Part shown: positions 57,409 through 64,000 of the stretch, one piece after another | How the letters are laid out: each line of letters opens with the position of its first letter | How positions within the stretch are numbered: the stretch's first letter is position 1 | The notes under the pieces: generated by a model | Database searches by the model: none | Told to the model about the DNA's origin: nothing | What the model saw: the letters and a program-made list of their open reading frames with translations, nothing else | Origin: Candidatus Poribacteria bacterium | GTDB taxonomy: Bacteria; Poribacteria; WGA-4E; WGA-3G | Assembly (NCBI GenBank): GCA_003635195.1 | Contig: PYIY01000195.1 | Coordinates: forward strand, 13,961 to 77,960 | Length of the DNA: 64,000 nucleotides | Direction of reading: 5' to 3' | Program-made: the position numbers and the translations under genes

Positions 57409-58179
57409 TCAAATATTTGAGTGTGATTGACATCCATCAACATTCACACAGGCACCCGTTACAAGGCTTGCACGTTCCGATGCGAGGAAAACGACGACGT
57501 TCGCGATTTCTTCAGGTTTTCCGAATCTACCGAGGGGCATATCGCTTTTTACAAAGGCCTCCATCGCCTCCGGATCTGCCGCTATGCGCCGCGCCCAACC
57601 GCCACCGGGGAAAAGGATTGAACCCGGAGCGACACTATTCACGCGGATATTGTCCGGTGCGAGTTCCTTTGCCAAAGATTTTGTCATACTAATCTCGGCG
57701 GCTTTCGCGGCGTTATACGTAATGTGTCCACCGCCTTCCCGACCATAGATAGACGTTATCATCAAGATCACACCACCACCTTGTTTTTTCATTTCAGGGA
57801 TGGCGAGTTTGTTAACGCGTGCAGCGGAAACCAGATTCAGATCAAGGATTTCGTGCCACTCGGTATCCGAAATCTCCTCGAGAGGGGTCCATCGGCTGCC
57901 GCCGACATTGTTCACAACGACATCGATTCTGCCGTAGGTTTCGACTGTTTCTGCCATAAACGCTTCAACCTGCTCTGTATCCGTAACATCTGTGAGCTTG
58001 GCGAAAACTGGCGCGCCCTTTGTAGCGAGTTCGTCTGTTACGCTTTGGAGTGTCCCTTCGGTTCTACCACAGATGCTCAGTTGCGCGCCTTCTTCAGCAA
58101 ATCCGTGCGCGATGGCGCGTCCGATACCGCGGCTCGCTCCTGTTACAACGACGACTTTATCCTTTAATCCTAAATCCAT
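57409..58179 (-). CDS. SDR family oxidoreductase (3-oxoacyl-ACP reductase-like)
   Basis: TGASRGIGRAIA, NNVG and YNAAKAA motifs are present. Confidence 0.85.
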   Translation of the reverse strand: MDLGLKDKVVVVTGASRGIGRAIAHGFAEEGAQLSICGRTEGTLQSVTDELATKGAPVFAKLTDVTDTEQVEAFMAETVETYGRIDVVVNNVGGSRWTPLEEISDTEWHEILDLNLVSAARVNKLAIPEMKKQGGGVILMITSIYGREGGGHITYNAAKAAEISMTKSLAKELAPDNIRVNSVAPGSILFPGGGWARRIAADPEAMEAFVKSDMPLGRFGKPEEIANVVVFLASERASLVTGACVNVDGCQSHSNI

Positions 58180-58309
58180 TAGATTCTATGTCCTTTTTAT
58201 ATACGAGTTTGAAAGTAACCCTTTAATATTTCTATGTTGTTATTATAAGCGAGAATCTCTGAAATGTCAACCGAATAGCGGATGTGTAATAGAACCATTC
58301 AATTCTCCA

Positions 58310-58700
58310 TTTTCCGATCGAATCTTCACCACCAGGCCCGGTAGGTGCGGTTTTGCGGTGTACCATAGGTGTCAATTTAGCGATTTTCACGGTATTTTAG
58401 CAAGTGTGGATATAAACATGCTGAAGAAATACGCAGAAACACCCAAGCAAAGACACCTATCAAAAACCCCCCTACGGGGCTTAGGAGACGGAGGAGATAT
58501 ATTTCTATAAACATGCTGAAGAAACACCCAAGCAAATAAACCCTACGGGACTGCAGAGGTTTTTTGAAGTCTTCAAGGTTTCCGCGTAAGATCCGGTTCG
58601 GTGTTTTTGCTGGGGTGTTTCTTCTAGGAAACCGAACCTACCGGCCTGGGGATCTAAAATTGGATTAAAAAACCGAGAACTGAATGGTTCTGGCTTGAAA
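58310..58700. repeat. Composite modular repeat cluster, second copy (see 49385..49835)
   Basis: It contains an inverted-orientation hairpin-module fragment caggcccggtaggtgcggtt. Two CCCAAGCAAA modules are present. One hairpin has a reverse-orientation CCCCAGCAAAAAC module inserted in its loop (58595..58660). Confidence 0.6.
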
Positions 58701-58795
58701 TAAAATTGATTTGACAATATATCATGACTGTGGTAAAATATATGTGTTAAGGAAATAGAAAAGTTCTGTCCGACTCAAAAACAGGAAAAGGACCT

Positions 58796-59269
58796 ATGGC
58801 ATACTATATCACCGACGAATGTATTGGGTGTATGGCGTGTTTGACGAATTGTCCCGTTGATGCGATCACAGGGGATAGGAACATGCTGCACATCATTGAT
58901 CCAGACGTATGTATTGATTGTAGTGCGTGCGGGATGGTCTGTCCCGTCGAAGCGATCCGTGATCAGTTTGGCGAGGTGTGTAAGTTCATTCGCCGCCCCA
59001 CACATCGTCCTATCGCCGTTATCTACGAAGAACTCTGCTCTGGCTGTGATTTCTGCGTCCATATCTGTCCTTGGGACTGCCTTGAACTCAAGGATCCAGA
59101 CACTGGCGAACATGCCGAAAGTTTCTTCGGTATTTGTGAACTTGTTAAACCGAAGGAATGTGTCGGTTGCAAGTTATGCGAAGAAGTCTGCATCAAGGAC
59201 GCTATTCGCATTGAGTCGCCTGTGCTGGTAGAACTTGCTGAAGCAGCAGAAGCGGAAGCAGCAGATTAG
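58796..59269 (+). CDS. Ferredoxin with four 4Fe-4S-type Cys motifs (tandem dicluster)
   Basis: CIGCMACLTNCP, CIDCSACGMVCP, CSGCDFCVHICP and CVGCKLCEEVC are present. Confidence 0.8.
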   Translation: MAYYITDECIGCMACLTNCPVDAITGDRNMLHIIDPDVCIDCSACGMVCPVEAIRDQFGEVCKFIRRPTHRPIAVIYEELCSGCDFCVHICPWDCLELKDPDTGEHAESFFGICELVKPKECVGCKLCEEVCIKDAIRIESPVLVELAEAAEAEAAD

Positions 59270-59273
59270 CGTT

Positions 59274-59945
59274 ATGGGAGCGGCGCTTCCAATGGCGAAC
59301 ATACATCTCTATAGACCGGATCTTGTCATCGTCATTTCCGGACCGTCTGGTTCAGGAAAAAGCACCGTCATTGATGCGCTCTGCAAATCGGATGAAACGC
59401 TGCGGCTATCCGTCTCAGCGACAACGAGGAAGCCTCGTCCGCGTGAAGTAGATGGCGTTGACTATCACTTCCTGTCAAAATCGGAATTTGAGACGCATAT
59501 TCAACAAGACGATTTCCTTGAATGGGCAGAATACGGAGACAACTGTTACGGAACGCTCAAATCTGAAATAGCCACTGCAGGTGAAGTGAAAAAAGATACT
59601 ATTTTAGAAATTGAGGTAAAAGGTGCCTTGCAAATCCGAGCGCAAGATCTGTCCCCGACGAGAAGTGTCCTTATCTTCATCATACCCCCATCGTTCGCCA
59701 TCCTGGAGAAACGCCTTCGTTGTAGAAAAACAGAATCGGAAATGGAACTCAAAAAGCGCCTCGCTATCGCGAAATCCGAAGTCCTTGAGATTGAACACTA
59801 CGATTATTGGGTTAGTAATCCACAAAACGCGATCCAAGACGCAGTTCAGCAGATTCAGGCCATCATTGCCGCAGAACGTTCCCGTATTGATAGTAAATTA
59901 ATAGAGACAATTAATCCCCTGCTCGGTGTTGACAAGGTAAATTAG
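59274..59945 (+). CDS. gmk: Guanylate kinase
   Basis: P-loop ISGPSGSGKST is present. Gmk-type GMP-binding segment SATTRKPRPREVDGVDYHF is present. An alternative start is ATG 59292; the ORF track begins at 59235, overlapping the ferredoxin. Confidence 0.85.
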   Translation: MGAALPMANIHLYRPDLVIVISGPSGSGKSTVIDALCKSDETLRLSVSATTRKPRPREVDGVDYHFLSKSEFETHIQQDDFLEWAEYGDNCYGTLKSEIATAGEVKKDTILEIEVKGALQIRAQDLSPTRSVLIFIIPPSFAILEKRLRCRKTESEMELKKRLAIAKSEVLEIEHYDYWVSNPQNAIQDAVQQIQAIIAAERSRIDSKLIETINPLLGVDKVN

Positions 59946-60012
59946 TTGTTGTACTTGGCTCATGTAGAAGTTGTGTGCTATTTTTATTTGACCAACATCC
60001 TCCCATAATCAA

Positions 60013-60810
60013 ATGGAGAGCACCATGGATACCGTAAACGACTTTGGATTCAAACAGAGAAAATATATGCCAGTCTTTCCAAAAGCGAACGGCAAAACGA
60101 CTGTCTATATTGAAGGTTATCCGTGTGAAGATGACGAACCTATGTCCGCAACCGGTTTTCACGGCGAACAGATTGCAGCAATTTACGAACAGTTCAAGCG
60201 ATACTTCGCAATCAACGAACTTGTTTATATTGGGATTGACAGTTTTATCTACTATAGCGAAGGCGACATCACAAAATGTGTCGCGCCAGATATTTACGTC
60301 GTTTTCGGCGTTGCGAAGTATCCGCTACGGCGTAGCTTCTATACGTGGGCAGAAGGCACCGCCCCGGTTGCTGTCTTTGAGTTCCTGTCTGACGCGACGG
60401 CACGTCAAGATCGGAATGAAAAAGTCGGCGTGTATCTCAATGATATAGGTGTCCAAGAGTACTTTATACATCAACCGGAGTTGAAGAAACCTGCAGAGTT
60501 TCGCGGGTGGGGGCAGGATCCGTCAGGTGGTATTGTTGAGATGGAACCGGATGCGGAAGGCGGTCTGTTCAGCGAAGCGTTAAATCTCTACTTTCGCTGC
60601 GAGGAACAACATCGGACGCACGTTAGACTGTTGCGTCCGTATCTGCCAGATGGCACGCCGATTACAACATCTCTGGAGGAACAGCACCTGAAAGAGGCAG
60701 CAGAAGCACGCGCAGAAACAGCAGAAGCACGCGCAGAAGAAGAAGTACTACGCAGACAGCAGGCTGAAGCAGAATTGGAAGAACTCCGCGCACAAATGGC
60801 TAAATCTTAA
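60013..60810 (+). CDS. Uma2 family (DUF820) PD-(D/E)xK-type putative endonuclease
   Basis: PDIYVVFG ... VAVFEFLSD ... EK core is typical of Uma2. Ala/Glu-rich coiled-coil tail. Confidence 0.7.
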   Translation: MESTMDTVNDFGFKQRKYMPVFPKANGKTTVYIEGYPCEDDEPMSATGFHGEQIAAIYEQFKRYFAINELVYIGIDSFIYYSEGDITKCVAPDIYVVFGVAKYPLRRSFYTWAEGTAPVAVFEFLSDATARQDRNEKVGVYLNDIGVQEYFIHQPELKKPAEFRGWGQDPSGGIVEMEPDAEGGLFSEALNLYFRCEEQHRTHVRLLRPYLPDGTPITTSLEEQHLKEAAEARAETAEARAEEEVLRRQQAEAELEELRAQMAKS

Positions 60811-60824
60811 CACTCATAAAAAAT

Positions 60825-62045
60825 ATGGAATTCAGAGAGCGGACGATTATCTTAGGTGTTACAGGTGGGATAGCGATTCACAAATCACTTGACTTAGCGA
60901 GTCAACTCGTGAAGAGTGGTGCATCTGTTCATGTGGTGATGACGGAAAACGCCACACGACTTGTCCAGCCTTTGCAATTCCAAGTTATCTCACGGAACCC
61001 TGTCCTGCTGAACCTATTTGACGCGGGTACAGATTGGAAACCGCCGCACATCGATCTCGCTGACCGTGCTGATCTGCTCGCAATTGTCCCGGCAACGGCG
61101 AACATCATCGGTAAACTCGCAAATGGTATCGCTGACGATGCGCTCTCTACAGTTGCTGTTTCTGTCCACTGTCCGATACTCCTCGCCCCCGCGATGAACG
61201 GTCACATGTATCAAAACCCTTTCGTCCAACGCAACCTTTCCACCCTAAAAACACACGGTGTTCATTTTATTGAACCGGCAAGCGGCGATCTCGCCTGTGG
61301 TTATGAAGGCGTAGGACGTTTGAATAAAGTAGAGATGATCCTTGAAAGAGCAAGCAATATTCTGGTTTCAACTGCAAGTTTGGAAACACAAGATTTGCAA
61401 GGCACACGTATCCTCGTCACGGCAGGGGCAACCCGCGAATATATTGATCCAGTCAGATTCATTACCAATCGTTCCAGCGGTAAGATGGGATACGCCATTG
61501 CTGAGGCAGCGGCACAGCGTGGTGCTGAAGTGCAGTTGATTAGCGGTACGGCTACTGTGCCGCCACCTATCGGGATTGAGATCCAGCACGTTGAAACAAC
61601 CGTTGAGATGCACGATGCGGTTCTGCAGGCGTTCAATGAGACGAACATTATTATCATGGCAGGCGCGCCTGCTGACTATCGTCCGAGTGAATATACACCG
61701 CATAAAATCAAAAAGAGTGCTGATACATTGACGCTTCCGCTTGAAAGAAACCCAGACATCGCGCAGGCACTTGGCGAACAGAAAACGGATCAAACCCTCG
61801 TCTGTTTTGCCGCGGAGACGAACGATCTTCTTGAAAACGCTCAAGAGAAGTTGGTACGCAAGAACTGCGATCTGATTGTAGCAAATGACATTCTTGAAGA
61901 AGGCGCGGGCTTCCAATCGGATACGAATATCGTTACCCTGCTGGACCGGGATGGTACCTGCGAACAACTACCCCGTTCCTCAAAACGAGATGTGGCAGAT
62001 GCCATTCTGACAAAGGTCGTTTCTATACGAAGCGGCACGAAATAG
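60825..62045 (+). CDS. coaBC: Bifunctional phosphopantothenoylcysteine decarboxylase / phosphopantothenate-cysteine ligase
   Basis: N-terminal flavoprotein domain ILGVTGGIAIHKS. C-terminal CoaB domain LVTAGATREYIDPVRFITNRSSGKMG. Confidence 0.9.
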   Translation: MEFRERTIILGVTGGIAIHKSLDLASQLVKSGASVHVVMTENATRLVQPLQFQVISRNPVLLNLFDAGTDWKPPHIDLADRADLLAIVPATANIIGKLANGIADDALSTVAVSVHCPILLAPAMNGHMYQNPFVQRNLSTLKTHGVHFIEPASGDLACGYEGVGRLNKVEMILERASNILVSTASLETQDLQGTRILVTAGATREYIDPVRFITNRSSGKMGYAIAEAAAQRGAEVQLISGTATVPPPIGIEIQHVETTVEMHDAVLQAFNETNIIIMAGAPADYRPSEYTPHKIKKSADTLTLPLERNPDIAQALGEQKTDQTLVCFAAETNDLLENAQEKLVRKNCDLIVANDILEEGAGFQSDTNIVTLLDRDGTCEQLPRSSKRDVADAILTKVVSIRSGTK

Positions 62046-62087
62046 ACTATTCAGGAAATCGGGCTTACAAGGTTTCCTTCCTACAAG

Positions 62088-62960
62088 ATGAATCACCAAC
62101 AGATCCGTGCCTTTTTCGCGCTAAATCATACCCGTCCTAAAAAGCAGTTAGGTCAAAATTTCCTCGTTAATCCAGAAGCACTCAAAATCATTCTTGAAGC
62201 TGGCGCGCCGACAGCGGACGACACGGTCATAGAAATTGGTGCCGGGTTAGGGTGTCTTACCGATGTGTTAGCGCAGCATGCCAAACGCGTTATTGCTATT
62301 GAAGTAGACGAACTCTTATACAATACCTTAGTGGCCGAATTTTCGACAAATTCATGTGTCCAACTTCTTAATGCCGATGTTCTTAAATTGGAACTTAATT
62401 CACTGTTGTCGGACGGCACAGGGACTGTGCCTACTACATTTAAAGTTATAGCGAACCTACCTTATAGTATTACAACTCCCATCTTGTGGAAACTCCTTGC
62501 ACATCATAAACAAATTCATAGTTGTATATTAATGATGCAAAAAGAAGTAGCGGAAAGAATTATTGCGGGCCCCGGCGGGAAGGATTACGGTGCTTTGACA
62601 ATCGGTGTCGGCTATTACGCCGAGGCCACACTGATTGCCACGCTGCCGCCAGAGAATTTTTATCCTGCCCCGAAGGTAGATTCCGCGCTCCTAAAACTGG
62701 AAATGCTCGAAACGCCAAAGGTTGTGGTAGAAAATGAGGAATTTTTCTTTAAAGTAGTACGTACCGCATTTCGGACGCGACGGAAGATGTTAAAAAATGC
62801 TTTAGCCAGAGGTAGATTTGCTTCAGACGAAGTATTGACAACCGCATTTAAGGAACTCGGTATAGCCCCACAACGGCGCGCCGAAACATTGGATATCACC
62901 GAATTTGCAGCACTTGCGAATTTTTTATCTCAAGCCGCATCAACGAAGGCGGGCGTTTGA
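62088..62960 (+). CDS. rsmA: 16S rRNA (adenine1518/1519-N6)-dimethyltransferase
   Basis: KKQLGQNFLVNP, EIGAGLGCLT SAM motif and NLPYSITTPIL are present. Confidence 0.9.
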   Translation: MNHQQIRAFFALNHTRPKKQLGQNFLVNPEALKIILEAGAPTADDTVIEIGAGLGCLTDVLAQHAKRVIAIEVDELLYNTLVAEFSTNSCVQLLNADVLKLELNSLLSDGTGTVPTTFKVIANLPYSITTPILWKLLAHHKQIHSCILMMQKEVAERIIAGPGGKDYGALTIGVGYYAEATLIATLPPENFYPAPKVDSALLKLEMLETPKVVVENEEFFFKVVRTAFRTRRKMLKNALARGRFASDEVLTTAFKELGIAPQRRAETLDITEFAALANFLSQAASTKAGV

Positions 62961-62977
62961 GACGTATAATTTTGCGT

Positions 62978-63763
62978 TTACAACCGGATGTCTAACTCAA
63001 TCAGCTGCCAATAGACGATCTTCCAATCTGCACCTTCACGGCGGAACTCAAATTTACAATGTGCTTTGAGTTCCCTCGGATCCCGTTGTTCACCCTTCTC
63101 AGCGTTAATATCAAGTCGAAGCGTTACTGCCATTTTCCGTGCATGCGTCACATCTATTTCTATATCCTTGAACAGGAATTCAAGGAAGACATACTCCTCA
63201 AAGAGTTGCGTTATCGCCGGAACGACATCCTCATAATTTTCGGGAATAATACCTGATGCGACACCGAAGAGTGTCGCGGCATCGTCTGCAGCGACGTAGG
63301 TCTCCGAAAAGAGTGCTTGGATCGCTTCAATGTTCTCCATATCCAAGGATTCGAGGAGGTCAGAAAAATTGTCAAAGAATTCTCGTGTCTCCACTACTGG
63401 ATCCTTTAGTGGTGTCAATGCAACGTCCATAACCAAGCGTTCTTGATTAAGCACAAAGGGTTGGCTATAGGGTTTGTAATCTACATCTTCGACAATTAGT
63501 GTGTGCGCATCGCCGTAAACAACACCTTGAAAAGCATAAACACCCTCCGCGCCAGTTTCAACTGATGCTTCTAACAGTTTTACAACAGCCCCCGGAATAG
63601 GGTTTCCCGTCCCGGCATCGGTGACGGTACCAGAGACTGTCCCGTATTGGAGCACGACCGGTTTTTCAGGTTCCGGTTCCGGTTCAAGTGGATCTTCAGC
63701 GTTTTCACATGCAAAAATACATACCACGAATAATAAAAATAAAACCATTTTTTTGCGTATCAT
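62978..63763 (-). CDS. Lipoprotein with N-terminal CarboxypepD_reg-like domain, hypothetical
   Basis: Lipobox CIFAC is present. GTVSGTVTDAGTGNPIPGAVVKL...GVYAF is present. C-terminal unknown domain. Confidence 0.55.
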   Translation of the reverse strand: MIRKKMVLFLLFVVCIFACENAEDPLEPEPEPEKPVVLQYGTVSGTVTDAGTGNPIPGAVVKLLEASVETGAEGVYAFQGVVYGDAHTLIVEDVDYKPYSQPFVLNQERLVMDVALTPLKDPVVETREFFDNFSDLLESLDMENIEAIQALFSETYVAADDAATLFGVASGIIPENYEDVVPAITQLFEEYVFLEFLFKDIEIDVTHARKMAVTLRLDINAEKGEQRDPRELKAHCKFEFRREGADWKIVYWQLIELDIRL

Positions 63764-63844
63764 AATTTATCTACTGCTCCTTCATAATACTGTCGAAGCG
63801 AGGTCCCTGCCTCGCTACTGCACGTTTTCCACGAAACTCGTCAA

Positions 63845-64000
63845 TCAAAAAACTTCTCAAGGGTCTGTGAACTCGGCGGTTTCGTGAGTAGAGAAACGAT
63901 TATCAAAGTAACAGACGAAACAGCGATCAGGATCGTAACAGGCATAATCCCAGTTCCGCCTACAGTATATCCGGGTGTCTGCCAGTTGCGGAGAAAGAAA
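63845..64000 (-). CDS. C-terminal fragment of a membrane protein (gene continues beyond window end)
   Basis: The minus-strand frame reads ...RNWQTPGYTVGGTGIMPVTILIAVSSVTLIIVSLLTKPPSSQTLEKFFD-stop. The hydrophobic helix suggests a transporter C-terminus. Confidence 0.3.

Noticed and set aside
63621-63887. Plus-strand ORF 63621..63887
   Set aside because: It overlaps the start and 5' region of the minus-strand lipoprotein gene and its AT-rich upstream region. Low-complexity G/S run. No support.

Overview
This 64-kb window looks like chromosomal DNA from a Planctomycetes-like bacterium. Supporting features are DUF1501, PQQ propellers, LamG-fold secreted proteins and many membrane cytochromes c. 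Four things stand out.

(1) Aerobic respiration supercluster, about 13.6-38.5 kb, all on the minus strand. It carries sco1, aa3-type cytochrome c oxidase subunits IV, III, III-like, I and II, ctaB and ctaA. An ABC-2 exporter, two type-1-copper cupredoxin paralogs, several mono- and di-haem cytochromes c and an octahaem cytochrome c follow. It ends with a split cytochrome b6/subunit-IV-like plus Rieske bc-type complex. Upstream of it are apbC, a PQQ propeller and two proteins with standalone PCP_red (BchB/ChlB C-terminal-like) domains.

(2) AT-rich accessory island, about 39.7-49.9 kb, bracketed by imperfect ~85-bp direct repeats. It holds an MmeI-family (Type IIL) restriction-modification enzyme homolog and a previously undescribed fusion of a QueC-like PP-loop ATPase to a C-terminal TIR domain. 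The fusion is translationally coupled to an unknown 261-aa protein and preceded by a T5orf172 (GIY-YIG-like)-cold-shock-domain protein. I propose this as a candidate novel anti-phage defense operon, mechanistically reminiscent of QatC/Cap9 deazaguanine conjugation with a TIR NADase effector.

(3) Housekeeping genes: Gfo/Idh/MocA and SDR oxidoreductases, family-4 UDG, a GH36-like hydrolase, a bicupin, rsmD, DUF1501, a ferredoxin, gmk, a Uma2 endonuclease, coaBC and ksgA.

(4) A rich modular intergenic repeat repertoire. One module is a family of long imperfect palindromes built from CAGTTA/CGGTTG-type hexamer repeats in intercistronic leaders. A second is a conserved TTTTCCTTGCGGTTCGGT leader module abutting many start codons. 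A third is a GGTGCGGTTAGGAAACCGCACC hairpin module with compensatory stem changes. A fourth is a GAAGAAACACCCAAGCAAA module found nested in other modules and once in-frame inside ctaA. MITE-like composite copies occur at 1.2, 18.9, 49.4-49.8 and 58.3-58.7 kb.

No rRNA, tRNA or CRISPR array was recognised by eye.
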